Below, in pieces: positions 1 through 10,298 of a stretch of DNA of 64,000 nt (position 1 is its first letter; every line of letters begins with the position of its first letter). The notes under the pieces were generated by a model. That model had not been told where the DNA came from. It saw only the letters and a program-made list of their open reading frames with translations, and searched no databases. The position numbers and the translations under genes are program-made. This DNA comes from an uncultured beta proteobacterium. Its GTDB lineage: Bacteria > Pseudomonadota > Gammaproteobacteria > Burkholderiales > Casimicrobiaceae. The stretch covers positions 168,270-232,269 of the forward strand of contig CAVUHK010000010.1 in the NCBI GenBank assembly GCA_963741315.1, given 5' to 3'.

Positions 1-335
1 ACTTTCTGACCCGGTGGCAGCGCGCGCGCGAAGAGTTCGACGTCGCCGACCAGCTCCACGCCGCGAGCGACGGCCGCCGCGATCGCCGGGTGGTCCTTGG
101 CGATGCCTGGACTGATGACGATCAGGTCGGCGCCGGCAAACGTCGACGCGCCGAACGCACCACAGGCCAGCGGCACCTGCGGCAACTCCGCCGCGAGCTG
201 CGTCGCTGCGGGCGGATGCTCGCGTGTGTCGGCAATGCGCACGCTCGCACCGTGGCGTACCGCCCAGCGTGCGGCAGACAACCCCGTGACCCCCAGGCCC
301 AACACGACGACATTGCGATCGCGGACGTCGATCAT
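1..335 (-). CDS. murD: UDP-N-acetylmuramoylalanine--D-glutamate ligase MurD, N-terminal fragment (runs off window)
   Basis: Translating the minus strand from the ATG at 335-333 gives [36 protein letters not shown]..., a GxGxxG Rossmann start. It lies directly downstream of mraY as in the canonical dcw order and overlaps the mraY stop by 1 nt (TGATG). Confidence 0.85.
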   Translation of the reverse strand, partial: MIDVRDRNVVVLGLGVTGLSAARWAVRHGASVRIADTREHPPAATQLAAELPQVPLACGAFGASTFAGADLIVISPGIAKDHPAIAAAVARGVELVGDVELFARALPPGQK

Positions 336-1486
336 CAGCGCAGCTTCAAGGTCGAAATGCCGAACAGCACAAGGAGCATCGTGATGATCCAGAAGCGAAC
401 CACGACTTGATTTTCTTTCCACCCCTTCAATTCATAGTGATGATGGATCGGCGCCATGCGAAACACCCGCCGGCCGGTCATCTTGAACGACGCTACCTGG
501 ACCACCACCGACAGCGTTTCCACCACGAACACGCCGCCCATGATGAACAGCACGATTTCCTGGCGGACGATGATGGCGATGGCGCCCAGCGCCGCGCCGA
601 GCGCAAGCGCGCCGACGTCGCCCATGAACACTTCCGCCGGATAGGCGTTGAACCACAGGAATCCCAGTCCCGCCCCCGCCATCGCGCCGCAGAACACCGC
701 CAGCTCCCCCGCGCCCGGGATGTACGGCAGGAACAGGTAGTTCGAATAGTCGGCGCGACCCGTCACGTACGCGAACACGCCCAGCGCGGAACCGACCATG
801 ACCGTCGGCATGATCGCGAGGCCATCGAGCCCGTCGGTCAGGTTGACCGCGTTGCTCGAGCCGACGATCACGCAGTACGAAAGCACGATGAAGCCCCACA
901 CGCCCACCGGATAGCTCACGGTCTTGAAGAACGGCACGATCAGGTCGGCCTTGGGCGGCAGGTCGAGATTGAAGCCACTGGCAATCCACGAGTTGAAGAG
1001 CTGGAAGAATTGCGTGTTCGACGGCGCCGACACCGAAAAGGCGAGGTAGATCGCGGCGATCAGACCGATCAGCGATTGAAAAATGAACTTGGCACGCGCA
1101 GACAAGCCCTTTGGATTGCGATGCACGACTTTGCGATAGTCGTCGACCCATCCGATCGCGCCGAAGCCGATCGTGACCAGCAGCACCACCCAGATGAAGC
1201 GGTTGCGCAGGTCGGCCCACAGCAGCGTCGTGATGATGATCGACACCAGGATCAGCGCGCCGCCCATGGTCGGCGTCCCGGCCTTGGTGAGGTGCGTCTG
1301 CGGCCCGTCGTCGCGCACCGCCTGTCCGATCTTGTACTCGGCCAGCTTGCGTATCATGCGCGGTCCGACCGCGAAGGAAATGATCAGTGCGGTCATCGTC
1401 GCGAGCACCGAACGCAAGGTGATGTAGCTGAACACGTTGAACGTGCGCACGTCGGTCGCGATCCAGTTCGCCAGCGCGAGCAGCAT
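335..1486 (-). CDS. mraY: phospho-N-acetylmuramoyl-pentapeptide transferase MraY
   Basis: The C-terminal 383 aa of ORF 335..2071 ([25 protein letters not shown]...) form a typical polytopic MraY. The ATG at 1486 overlaps the murF stop by 1 nt. The Arg-rich upstream extension in the track is GC-shadow sequence. Confidence 0.95.
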   Translation of the reverse strand: MLLALANWIATDVRTFNVFSYITLRSVLATMTALIISFAVGPRMIRKLAEYKIGQAVRDDGPQTHLTKAGTPTMGGALILVSIIITTLLWADLRNRFIWVVLLVTIGFGAIGWVDDYRKVVHRNPKGLSARAKFIFQSLIGLIAAIYLAFSVSAPSNTQFFQLFNSWIASGFNLDLPPKADLIVPFFKTVSYPVGVWGFIVLSYCVIVGSSNAVNLTDGLDGLAIMPTVMVGSALGVFAYVTGRADYSNYLFLPYIPGAGELAVFCGAMAGAGLGFLWFNAYPAEVFMGDVGALALGAALGAIAIIVRQEIVLFIMGGVFVVETLSVVVQVASFKMTGRRVFRMAPIHHHYELKGWKENQVVVRFWIITMLLVLFGISTLKLR

Positions 1487-2865
1487 CAGTGCGCCTCCGC
1501 GGTCGCGCCGGTGAGCGCGGCGACGACGCGCTCCATGCGCATGAAGCGCGAACCCTTGACCAGCACGGTCAGGCCCGGCGCCGGTCGCAGCGCCGCAGCG
1601 AGCGACCCGACATCGGCAAAGTGTTCGCCATCGGCGCCAAACGCGTTGACGGCGTGCTGCGCGAGCTCGCCGACGCCGTACAGCCGGTCGATGCCCGCGG
1701 CGCGCGCGTAGGCACCGATTTCGCGATGGAAGGCGATACCTTCGTCGCCGACCTCGCCCATGTCGCCGAACACGAGCCACTTGGGTGCGCTCGCGCGCGC
1801 AAGGACCGCGATCGCGGCGCGCACCGAATCGGGGTTGGCGTTGTAGGTATCGTCGATGACGGCGCCGCCGTCGGGCAGCGCGGTCGTCTGCAGGCGTCCC
1901 GCCAGCGGCCTGAACGCCGCAAGGCTCGCCGCCGCGGTTTCCAGGCTCGCTCCCGCCGCGGTCGCGGCGGCCAGCGCTCCGAGCGCGTTCGATACGTTGT
2001 GGCGGCCCGGCGCGCGCAGCTCGAAGCTTGCCGTACCCTCTGGCGCGGTGACGTCGATGACCGAACCCCACGACTCGATCCGGGCGCGCGCGCTGATCGC
2101 CGCCGGCGCGCGCATACCGAAGTCGCGCACGCTGAGCATCGCGCCTTCGGCGTTGCGGCGTGTGACGATCTCGGTCCAGTACGGCGCGTAGTCGTCGTCC
2201 GCGTTGATCACGGCCACCCCGCCCACCGGCAATGCGCCGAGAAGTGCCGCATGCTCGGCTGCGACGTCGGCGACGCTTTTCATGAACTCCTGGTGTTCGC
2301 GCTGCGCATTGTTGATCACCGCGATGGTCGGCTGCGCGATCGCGGCGAGCTCCACGGTTTCACCGGCATGATTCATGCCGATTTCGATGACGGCGGCGCG
2401 GTGCCTGGCGCGCAAACCGAGGATGGTGAGCGGCAGGCCGATCGCGTTGTTGAGATTGCCGGCGGTCGCGTGTACCTCGTCGCGCGAGTACTGCGCGCGC
2501 AGGATCGCCGCGATCATCTCCTTGACTGTCGTCTTGCCGTTGCTGCCGACGACACCGGCCACCGGCAGCGTGAACCTGCCCCGCCAGTACGCCGCAAGCG
2601 CGCCCAGCGCACGCAAGGGGTCGGCAACCGCGAGCACGTTGCCTGGCAGCGCTGCAGCGCGGTCCACCGCGACCATCGCCGCGACCGCACCACGCTCGAA
2701 TGCCCGCGCGACATAGTCATGCCCGTCGAAGCGCTCGCCGCGTAGCGCCACGAACAGTTCGCCTGCGCGTACCACGCGCGAGTCGATGGCGACGCCGTCG
2801 AACCACGCGTTATCGCCTCGCAACATGCCGTGGACCGCTTCCGCGGCGGTGGCCATGTCCATCAT
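1486..2865 (-). CDS. murF: UDP-N-acetylmuramoyl-tripeptide--D-alanyl-D-alanine ligase MurF
   Basis: 459 aa with a Mur ligase P-loop (GSNGKTT). It sits between murE and mraY. Confidence 0.95.
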   Translation of the reverse strand: MMDMATAAEAVHGMLRGDNAWFDGVAIDSRVVRAGELFVALRGERFDGHDYVARAFERGAVAAMVAVDRAAALPGNVLAVADPLRALGALAAYWRGRFTLPVAGVVGSNGKTTVKEMIAAILRAQYSRDEVHATAGNLNNAIGLPLTILGLRARHRAAVIEIGMNHAGETVELAAIAQPTIAVINNAQREHQEFMKSVADVAAEHAALLGALPVGGVAVINADDDYAPYWTEIVTRRNAEGAMLSVRDFGMRAPAAISARARIESWGSVIDVTAPEGTASFELRAPGRHNVSNALGALAAATAAGASLETAAASLAAFRPLAGRLQTTALPDGGAVIDDTYNANPDSVRAAIAVLARASAPKWLVFGDMGEVGDEGIAFHREIGAYARAAGIDRLYGVGELAQHAVNAFGADGEHFADVGSLAAALRPAPGLTVLVKGSRFMRMERVVAALTGATAEAH

Positions 2866-4343
2866 TGCGCGCCCCGCGCCGCCAGCGCTCGCGCCGCGTG
2901 GTCGTAGTCGAGAAAGGACATGCGTTCACCTGCTCGTTCCTGATACGCCTCGTGTCCCTTGCCGGCGAGCAGCACGACATCGCCCGGTCCCGCCTGCGCA
3001 ATCGCAGTGGCGATCGCGACCGCGCGGTCGTCTTCCACCGCGTAACGGCGGTTGCCGACGTCGCGAATGCCGTGCACGATTTCACTGGCGATTGCGGCCG
3101 GATCCTCGCCGCGGGGATTGTCGCTGGTCACGACGACACGATCGGCGAGCTTCGCCGCCAGGCGTCCCATCTCCGGGCGCTTGCCGCGATCGCGCTCGCC
3201 GCCGCAACCGAACACGCAGATCAGTTCGCCCTCGCGGGCGACCGTCGGACGCAGTGCAGTCAGCGCTTTTTCCAACGCGTCGGGCGTGTGCGCGTAGTCG
3301 ATGACCACCAGCGGCGCGTTGCGGCCGCCCAGACGCTGCATGCGGCCGGGCGGAGGTTCGACTTGCGCGAGAAATGCGAGCGCCGCTTCCAGCTCGACGC
3401 CGCTGACCAGCAGCACGCCGAGCACACCGAGCACGTTCATGGCGTTGAATTCGCCGACCAGGCGCGTCTGCAGCTCGCCCCTGCCCCAGGGCGTTTGCAC
3501 GCTCATGCTGATGCCGTCCGCGCTGTTGGTCATGCGCGAACCGACGACATCTGCGGCACCGAAGCCATAGCTCAGAACCTTGCGGCCCTTGGCTCGCGCC
3601 GCATCGAGCAGGCTGCGTCCGAAGGGATCATCGGCATTGATGACGCTCACGCGCAGGCCGGGAGCGGTGAACAGCCGGGCCTTCGCCGCGCCATACGCGG
3701 CCATGGTCGCGTGATAATCGAGATGATCGCGGGTCAGGTTGGTGAACAGCGCGACTTCGAACGTGACGCCGTTGACGCGGCCCTGGTCGAGGCCGTGCGA
3801 AGAGACTTCCATCACCACGGCGTAGGCGCCGGCGCGCCTGAAGTCGGCGAGCATCTCGTGCAGCAGCGCCGCATCCGGGGTCGTGTTGGCGGTGGGCAGC
3901 AACTCGCCGAGCATGCCGTTGCCGAGCGTGCCGAGGACCGCAGTGCGGTGGCCCGACGCCTGCAGCCCGGCGGCGATCCAGTGCGCGCACGACGTCTTGC
4001 CGTTGGTGCCGGTGATGCCGACCATCCACAGTTCGCGCGACGGATGCCCGTAAACGTAGTCGGCTATGGCGCCGAGTCGCTGTTTCAGGTTTTCAAGCGG
4101 CAGTTGCGGCACGTGCCAGGCATGGTCCCAGTTGAATCCCTGCGGATCCCAGAGCACCGCGCCGGCGCCACGCGCGATCGCGTCGCCGATGTAAGCGCGG
4201 CCGTCGCGCTGCGTCCCAGGATAGGCGGCGAAGGCATCGCCGGCGCGCACGGCGCGGCTGTCGGAGGTCACTCGCGTCACGGGCTCGCCAAGGCGAGCGA
4301 GCAGCGCGGCGAGTTCGGCATCGGCAGCGATTGCACTGCTCAC
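2862..4343 (-). CDS. murE: UDP-N-acetylmuramoyl-L-alanyl-D-glutamate--2,6-diaminopimelate ligase MurE
   Basis: 493 aa with a Mur ligase P-loop (GTNGKTS). GTG start preceded by AAGGAGGAG, in a GTGA overlap with the ftsI stop. Confidence 0.95.
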   Translation of the reverse strand: MSSAIAADAELAALLARLGEPVTRVTSDSRAVRAGDAFAAYPGTQRDGRAYIGDAIARGAGAVLWDPQGFNWDHAWHVPQLPLENLKQRLGAIADYVYGHPSRELWMVGITGTNGKTSCAHWIAAGLQASGHRTAVLGTLGNGMLGELLPTANTTPDAALLHEMLADFRRAGAYAVVMEVSSHGLDQGRVNGVTFEVALFTNLTRDHLDYHATMAAYGAAKARLFTAPGLRVSVINADDPFGRSLLDAARAKGRKVLSYGFGAADVVGSRMTNSADGISMSVQTPWGRGELQTRLVGEFNAMNVLGVLGVLLVSGVELEAALAFLAQVEPPPGRMQRLGGRNAPLVVIDYAHTPDALEKALTALRPTVAREGELICVFGCGGERDRGKRPEMGRLAAKLADRVVVTSDNPRGEDPAAIASEIVHGIRDVGNRRYAVEDDRAVAIATAIAQAGPGDVVLLAGKGHEAYQERAGERMSFLDYDHAARALAARGAQ

Positions 4344-6061
4344 GTCTCCTCCTTGACGTCGGGGACGTCAGGCGGCAGCACCACGTTGTTGAGCGGCGCG
4401 TCGGTAGGCACCGACAGCATGCGCAATGCCGAACCCATGACGCTGCTGAACACCGGCGCCGCCACCACGCCACCGTAGTACTGGCCAGCGCCCGGTTCGT
4501 CGATCATCACCGCGACGATCAGCCGCGGATTCGACACCGGCGCGAAACCGACGAAAGACGCGATGTACTGCGACGCCGAGTAGGTCTTGCCGTCGAGCTT
4601 GTGCGCGGTGCCGGTCTTGCCCGCGACACGGTATCCGGCGACCTGCGCCTTGGGTGCGGTGCCGCCGGGCAGCACCACCATCTCCAGCATGTGGCGCACC
4701 GCGCGCGCGGTTTCCGGCGTGACTACCGGCCGGCCCGCGACCGGCGCGTCGACCTTGAGCAGCGACACCGGCTTGAGTTCGCCGTCGCCGGCGAACACGG
4801 TGTAGGCGCGGGCGAGCTGCACCAGGTTGACCGATATCCCGTGGCCATAGGCCATCGTTGCCTGCTCGATCGGTCGCCAGCTCTTGGCAGGCCGCAATCG
4901 GCCGCCAACTTCGCCGGGAAATCCTGTCTGCGGAGGCGTGCCGAAGCCCGCGTCGGAAAGCGTCTGCCACATCGTCGCCGGCGGCAGCGACAGCGCGACT
5001 TTCGCGGCACCGACGTTCGACGACTTCTGGATCACCTGCTCGACGGTGAGCGCGCCTTCGCGATGCGCATCGTGGATCGTCGCCGGTCCGATGGTCAGCG
5101 TACCCGGCGCGGTATCGATGATCGTCGACGGCGTCACCTTGCCGGCATCCAGCGCTGACGCGATCGCGAACGGCTTCATCGACGATCCCGGCTCGAAGGT
5201 GTCGGTCAGGGCGCGATTGCGCATTTTCTTCGGCGTCACGCCGGTGCGATTGTTGGGGTTGTATGCCGGCCAGTTGGCCAGCGCGACGATTTCGCCGGTG
5301 GTCGCGTCCAGGATGACGATCGCGCCCGCGTGCGCCTTGTTGAGGTCGATCGCGGCCTTGAGCTCGCGAAACGCGAGGTATTGCAGGCGGCTATCGATGG
5401 CCAGCGCGAGGTCGCGCCCTTCCTGCGGCGCGCGGATGCTCGCGACATCCTCGACGATGTCGCCGCGGCGATTGATGATGACGCGGCGACTGCCGGGTTT
5501 GCCGCCCAGCCACGATTGCTGCGAGAGCTCCATGCCTTCCTGGCCGATGTCGTGATCGCCGGTGAAGCCGAGGATCTGGCTCATCACGTCGCCGCCAGGG
5601 TAGTAACGCCAGTATTCGGTCTCGTCGTGCACGCCCTTGATCTGCAGCGCGGCGATGCGCTCGGCGGCCTCGGGCGCGACCGGACGCTTCAGATACACGA
5701 AGTCTCCGCCGCCGGTCAGCTTGCGTGTGAGCGCCGCCTGCGGCATGTCCAGCGCCTGCGCCAGCGCGCGCAGCTGTTCAGGAGTCGCGTCCATTTTTTC
5801 CGGCCAGGCCCACACCGCCTTGACCGGCGTGCTGATCGCGAGCGGTTCTCCAAAACGGTCGACGATGCGCCCGCGGTGCGCGGGCACTTCGATGTCGCGG
5901 CTGTAGCGCGAGCTGCCCTGCTCCTGCAGGAAGGCGTTGTCGAAGCGCTGCAGGAACAGCGACCGGCCGAGGAGCGCTGCGAACAGCACCAGCAGGATCC
6001 CGAACACCAGCGGCGCGCGCAATTGCGGCAACCGCACCGGCGCGATCGCGTGCGCCTTCAT
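4340..6061 (-). CDS. ftsI: peptidoglycan D,D-transpeptidase FtsI (PBP3)
   Basis: 573 aa with an N-terminal membrane anchor and transpeptidase motifs (SSMKP = SxxK; SSN; KTGTA). It occupies the dcw position. Confidence 0.95.
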   Translation of the reverse strand: MKAHAIAPVRLPQLRAPLVFGILLVLFAALLGRSLFLQRFDNAFLQEQGSSRYSRDIEVPAHRGRIVDRFGEPLAISTPVKAVWAWPEKMDATPEQLRALAQALDMPQAALTRKLTGGGDFVYLKRPVAPEAAERIAALQIKGVHDETEYWRYYPGGDVMSQILGFTGDHDIGQEGMELSQQSWLGGKPGSRRVIINRRGDIVEDVASIRAPQEGRDLALAIDSRLQYLAFRELKAAIDLNKAHAGAIVILDATTGEIVALANWPAYNPNNRTGVTPKKMRNRALTDTFEPGSSMKPFAIASALDAGKVTPSTIIDTAPGTLTIGPATIHDAHREGALTVEQVIQKSSNVGAAKVALSLPPATMWQTLSDAGFGTPPQTGFPGEVGGRLRPAKSWRPIEQATMAYGHGISVNLVQLARAYTVFAGDGELKPVSLLKVDAPVAGRPVVTPETARAVRHMLEMVVLPGGTAPKAQVAGYRVAGKTGTAHKLDGKTYSASQYIASFVGFAPVSNPRLIVAVMIDEPGAGQYYGGVVAAPVFSSVMGSALRMLSVPTDAPLNNVVLPPDVPDVKEET

Positions 6062-6330
6062 GGCCGCGCCTCGACCATCACCTCGACCCGGCCCGCGCCT
6101 GGCAACTGCATGCGCAACTGTTCACGCGCGACCTTTTCGACGCGGGTCGGCATCGCCCAGGTCGATTGTTCGATCTGCAACTGGCCGTATTCGATGTCGT
6201 AGTTTCGCGTGCGCGCCTGCTCGCGCTCCAGGTCGACGAAGAGCTTGCGCGACTGGTGCCGCGAAGTGACCAGCGACAGCGCGCACGCGACCAGGACCAG
6301 CAGCAGGATCACGTTCAGACGAGCCATCAC
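6058..6330 (-). CDS. ftsL: cell division protein FtsL
   Basis: A small, roughly 90-aa bitopic protein ([21 protein letters not shown]...) between rsmH and ftsI. The start is either GTG at 6330 or ATG at 6327. Confidence 0.8.
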   Translation of the reverse strand: MMARLNVILLLVLVACALSLVTSRHQSRKLFVDLEREQARTRNYDIEYGQLQIEQSTWAMPTRVEKVAREQLRMQLPGAGRVEVMVEARP

Positions 6331-7283
6331 TGCAGCGGCCCAAAGGTGCGCTCGGCGACACGCAGCGTCGCGCTGCGCGAGCGCGGGTTGGCGGCGATCT
6401 CGGCATCGCTCGCGCGCACCGCGCGGCCAACCAGCGCGAGCGGCGGCTGCGGCAGCGCGCGCGTCGCGATCGGCAGCCGCGCCATCCTCTGGTCACCGCC
6501 GAAAGGCTGACTGCACTTGCGCATGAACTGCTTCACGAGGCGATCTTCGAGCGAGTGAAAACTGATCACCGCCAGGCGGCCGCCCGCGCGCAGTCGAGGC
6601 ACGATGCGTTCGAGGACTAGCGGCAATTCCTCGAGCTCCTGATTGATGAAAATCCGTATAGCCTGGAATGTCCGCGTGGCCGGATCCTGACTCCAATCAC
6701 CCCGCCCGCGCGCGCCGACGGCTTGGCCCACGAGCGCGGCCAGTTGCCGCGTCCGTACGACGGGCTCGAGCGCGCGAGCCGCAACAATCGCTCTTGCAAT
6801 CTGTTGAGCAAACCGTTCTTCACCATAATCCGCGATCACTCCTCTCAGTTCACGTTCGGATACGTGGGCAAGCCAGGCCGCGGCGCTTTCGCCGCGCGAA
6901 GGATCCATGCGCATGTCGAGCGGGCCGTCGCCGCGCAGCGAGAAGCCGCGCTGCGGGTCGTCGATCTGTGGCGATGCGATGCCGACGTCGAGCAGGACGC
7001 CGTCGACCTGCGCTTTGCCGGCGGCATCGAGCACCTGCGGCAGCTCCGAGAACCACGCGCGATGAAAACTGAAGCGTGGGTCGCCCCACGAATGCGCGGC
7101 GGCTTCGGCGGAAGGATCGCGATCGATGGCAATGAGTGCGCCCGCGGGACCGAGTGCTGCGAGGATGCGGCGACTGTGTCCACCGCGACCGAAGGTTCCG
7201 TCGACGTAGGTGCCGTCAGGCTTGATCGCCAGCGCGGCCACGGCTTCATCGAGCAGGACCGGGACGTGTTCGCCATGCGGCAT
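6327..7283 (-). CDS. rsmH: 16S rRNA (cytosine1402-N4)-methyltransferase RsmH (MraW)
   Basis: [15 protein letters not shown]...[10 protein letters not shown]... is typical RsmH. I chose the ATG at 7283, which overlaps the mraZ stop by 1 nt, rather than the longer track ORF. Confidence 0.93.
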   Translation of the reverse strand: MPHGEHVPVLLDEAVAALAIKPDGTYVDGTFGRGGHSRRILAALGPAGALIAIDRDPSAEAAAHSWGDPRFSFHRAWFSELPQVLDAAGKAQVDGVLLDVGIASPQIDDPQRGFSLRGDGPLDMRMDPSRGESAAAWLAHVSERELRGVIADYGEERFAQQIARAIVAARALEPVVRTRQLAALVGQAVGARGRGDWSQDPATRTFQAIRIFINQELEELPLVLERIVPRLRAGGRLAVISFHSLEDRLVKQFMRKCSQPFGGDQRMARLPIATRALPQPPLALVGRAVRASDAEIAANPRSRSATLRVAERTFGPLQ

Positions 7284-7729
7284 CAGAGCGAAAAGCCATC
7301 GAGCTCGGAAGGCAGGCCGCCCGCGGGGAACGCGACCGCCTGCGCGGTGAGTTCCGACCACTTCGCCTCGTCCCAGAGTTCGAACTTGTTGCCCTGTCCC
7401 ACCAGCATCACGCGCTTGTCGAGCGACGCGTATTGGCGCAGCTCGGGCGGAACCAGGATGCGCCCGGCGCCGTCGAGTTCGATGTCATCGGCGTGGCCGA
7501 CCAGCAGGCGCTGCAGGCTGCGTATGCGTTCGTTGAAACTCGACATCGCCATCAGGCGCGCCTGGATGGGTTCCCACTCGGCGATCGGGTAGAGCAGCAG
7601 GCAGTGCCCGGGGTCGGCAGTCAGCACTACGCGGCCGCCACCGCCGCCGGCCAGCGCCTCGCGATGCCGCGCCGGGACCGCGAGGCGCCCCTTGTTGTCC
7701 AGCGTCAGCTGAGTTACACCCCGAAACAC
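7283..7729 (-). CDS. mraZ: division/cell wall cluster transcriptional regulator MraZ
   Basis: 148 aa beginning [22 protein letters not shown]..., the classic MraZ N-terminus. GTG start preceded by AAGGAGGG. Confidence 0.93.
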   Translation of the reverse strand: MFRGVTQLTLDNKGRLAVPARHREALAGGGGGRVVLTADPGHCLLLYPIAEWEPIQARLMAMSSFNERIRSLQRLLVGHADDIELDGAGRILVPPELRQYASLDKRVMLVGQGNKFELWDEAKWSELTAQAVAFPAGGLPSELDGFSL

Positions 7730-7766
7730 CGAACACCCTCCTTCGTGAGCCGCTTATATGTGAGCG

Positions 7767-7791
7767 CCCACTTTGTCCCACTTTTTCCCAC
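7767..7791 (-). promoter_or_regulatory. putative MraZ operator: three GTGGG direct repeats with 5-nt spacers
   Basis: The minus strand reads GTGGGaaaaaGTGGGacaaaGTGGG, ending 37 nt upstream of the mraZ start. This matches the TGGGN-N5 triple-repeat architecture known for E. coli MraZ. Confidence 0.6.
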
Positions 7792-7799
7792 CGTACGCC

Positions 7800-7828
7800 A
7801 CTATAAGGAAAAGCCGGAGGTCGGTCAA
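7800..7828 (-). promoter_or_regulatory. candidate sigma70 promoter of the dcw cluster (Pmra-like)
   Basis: The minus strand reads TTGACC-N17-TATAGT. The -10 element ends 8 nt upstream of the first GTGGG repeat. Confidence 0.55.
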
Positions 7829-8160
7829 CAGGATTCCGGTTTGCGAACAAAGACTTAGCGCGCATGTTGCATGAATACATTAAACCTAGAATAAATAGAT
7901 ACTTACATACGATTCTGCAAGTAAAATGGCAGAAGTGGGCCGAATTGCGTCCGTGAACCGCGCCAGCGCTTGCATTCGCGGCGTCCGGAGGCTGCCAAAA
8001 GCAATGCCGTTGTCATCAACTTGCTCGAGGCTTGCCGAATGTTTTGGACTTACACGCAGGCCAGCAAACTGTTACAACTGCTCCGTCAACGACGGTCCTG
8101 CGACGGCGTTATTTGCGGCATACGACGCTTGCGGGCACGCCAGAGCAAGCGCGAACCATC

Positions 8161-10296
8161 ATGGAGGACAGGCGCGTGCACCCTCTCGCAACGAAGAGCA
8201 TTTCACGCGCGCTGGCAGTCGTGGTTCTGGCCGCGGCGGCCGGTCACGCCGCGACCGCCATCGCGCTCGAGCCCACAGCAACGGTGGTTGAGTTTTACAG
8301 CGCCTATCTCAACAACTACTTCACGACGGCAGTGCCCTCGGAGATCGCGGCGCTCGATGCGCCCACATCGGGTTGGGTGCGCACCGGGGGGACCTGGGGC
8401 GCGTGGGCGAATGCCATCGACAATCCGGCGGCGGTGCCGGTGTGCCGCTTTTCCGGCAAGCCCCTGATCGGCCCGATCACGTCGTTCTACACCGCCGATC
8501 CGACCGAGTGCGCGCAGTTCACCCAGTCACCGTCGTGGATCTACAACGGCATCGCGTTCTATGTCGAGCCGCTCCAGGCGGGAGCATGCAGGGCGGGCAC
8601 GACACCAGTGCTGCGTAGCTACAACGCCGGCCCGCGAGCGGTGGTCGCCAATTACCGCTACACCATCGACGCGAACGCCTACCAGCGCATGGCACCAACA
8701 GCGACTCTGCAGGGCGCCGTGATGTGTTCGACGCTTTCCACTTCGCAGATACAAGCCGATGCTGTGCGCCTGCTCGAGCAGGCCACCTTCGGCCCGATCG
8801 ACAGTCAGGTCGCGCACGTCGTCGCTGTGGGCACGCAGGCTTTCCTCAACGAGCAGTACGGGGCGCCGGCCAGCGCCTATCCGGCGTTGAAATACGTGCC
8901 GTTCGGGCAGGCCGTGACCTTCTGTCCGACCGATCCCGATCCGCAATGCGCGCGCGACTACTACTCGCTGTTCCTGCTGCAGAACGCGTTCTTCACCAAT
9001 GCCCTCGCCGGCAGCGATCAGCTGCGCCAGCGCGTCGCGTTTGCGCTCTCGCAGATCCTGGTGACGTCGGGCCTCGATGTGAACGTTGCCTACGGCATGG
9101 GCAAGTACCAGCAGATATTCCTCGACTATGCGTTCGGCAACTACGAGGACGTTCTCACCCGGGTCACGTTGTCGTCGGTGATGGGCGACTACCTGAACAT
9201 GGTCAACAACGACAAACCGTCGGGCACGGTCCAGCCCAACGAAAACTACGCGCGCGAGTTCAACCAGCTCTTCTCCATCGGCGTCGTTTTGCTCAACCTC
9301 GACGGCACGCCGAAACTCGATGCCAACGGCGTGCCGATCCCATCCTATGGACAGGACGAGATCGAGGGATTCGCGCACGTGTTCACCGGCTGGACGTATC
9401 CGTTGCTGCCCGGCGGCACGCAGCGCACGCACAATCCGAAGAATTTCCTTGGCGACATGGTCCCGGTCGATACCAATCACGACCGCGGCGCAAAACTACT
9501 GCTCAATGGCGTCACGCTGCCCGCGGGTGGCTCGATCACCGCCGACCTCACCGCCGCGATTCACAACGCATTCATGCATCCCAATGTCGGCCCGTTCATC
9601 GGCAAGCAGCTGATCCAGAAACTGGTGACCGGCGATCCGACGCCACAGTACGTGAGCCGTGTCGCAGCGGTCTTCAACAACAACGGCGCTGGCGTGCGTG
9701 GCGACCTGCGCGCGGTCGTCAATGCGATCCTCACCGATCCGGAGGCGCGCGGACCGGTCAAGATCGACCCGGGCTACGGCAAGCTGCGTGAACCCGTGCT
9801 GTTCATGACCGGTGCCGCGCGCGCGATCGCGGCGCAAAGCGATGGCGTGTACTTCGGCCAGCAGAGCGGGCAGCTTGGGCAGTCGCTGTTTTACTCGCCC
9901 TCGGTATTCAACTACTACCCGCCGACTTACCAGCTCCCCGACACCACGCGGCTTGCCCCCGAATTCGGGATTGCCAACTCGACGACCGCAATCAACCGAT
10001 ACAACGTGACCAACACGCTCGCCTTCGGAACCATCGCTCCCCTGGCGACGCTGCCCGGCGCGATCGGAACGACGCCGGATTGGAGCGCGCTAGTGGCGTT
10101 GGCGACCGACGCCAACGCCATGCTCGACCGGCTCAATCTGCTGATGCTGCATGGAACGATGAGCGCAGCGATGCGCAGCTCCATCGTCACCGCAGTCAAC
10201 GCCATTCCCGCCACCACGAATGCCAATCTGCTTTCGCGCGCCAAGACCGCTTTCTATCTTGTGGCGTCGTCGGCGCAATACCAGGTGGAGCGCTGA
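8161..10296 (+). CDS. DUF1800 family protein with an extra N-terminal secreted domain
   Basis: The C-terminal roughly 500 aa look like DUF1800 and the gene is paired with a downstream DUF1501 gene, the usual partnership. I chose the start at ATG 8161 (MEDRRVHPLATKSISRALAVVVLAAAAGHAATA) because it gives a signal peptide. Confidence 0.8.
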   Translation: MEDRRVHPLATKSISRALAVVVLAAAAGHAATAIALEPTATVVEFYSAYLNNYFTTAVPSEIAALDAPTSGWVRTGGTWGAWANAIDNPAAVPVCRFSGKPLIGPITSFYTADPTECAQFTQSPSWIYNGIAFYVEPLQAGACRAGTTPVLRSYNAGPRAVVANYRYTIDANAYQRMAPTATLQGAVMCSTLSTSQIQADAVRLLEQATFGPIDSQVAHVVAVGTQAFLNEQYGAPASAYPALKYVPFGQAVTFCPTDPDPQCARDYYSLFLLQNAFFTNALAGSDQLRQRVAFALSQILVTSGLDVNVAYGMGKYQQIFLDYAFGNYEDVLTRVTLSSVMGDYLNMVNNDKPSGTVQPNENYAREFNQLFSIGVVLLNLDGTPKLDANGVPIPSYGQDEIEGFAHVFTGWTYPLLPGGTQRTHNPKNFLGDMVPVDTNHDRGAKLLLNGVTLPAGGSITADLTAAIHNAFMHPNVGPFIGKQLIQKLVTGDPTPQYVSRVAAVFNNNGAGVRGDLRAVVNAILTDPEARGPVKIDPGYGKLREPVLFMTGAARAIAAQSDGVYFGQQSGQLGQSLFYSPSVFNYYPPTYQLPDTTRLAPEFGIANSTTAINRYNVTNTLAFGTIAPLATLPGAIGTTPDWSALVALATDANAMLDRLNLLMLHGTMSAAMRSSIVTAVNAIPATTNANLLSRAKTAFYLVASSAQYQVER

Positions 10297-10298
10297 AC

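Noticed and set aside
335-2071. Long N-terminal extensions in the ORF track, for example mraY as 578 aa, rsmH as 344 aa, the acyltransferase as 379 aa, DUF2092 as 402 aa and soxA as 325 aa.
   Set aside because: The extensions overlap the upstream gene, are Arg-rich and lack homology-like sequence. Internal starts give canonical N-termini, signal peptides and Shine-Dalgarno sequences, often in 1- or 4-nt overlap with the upstream stop.
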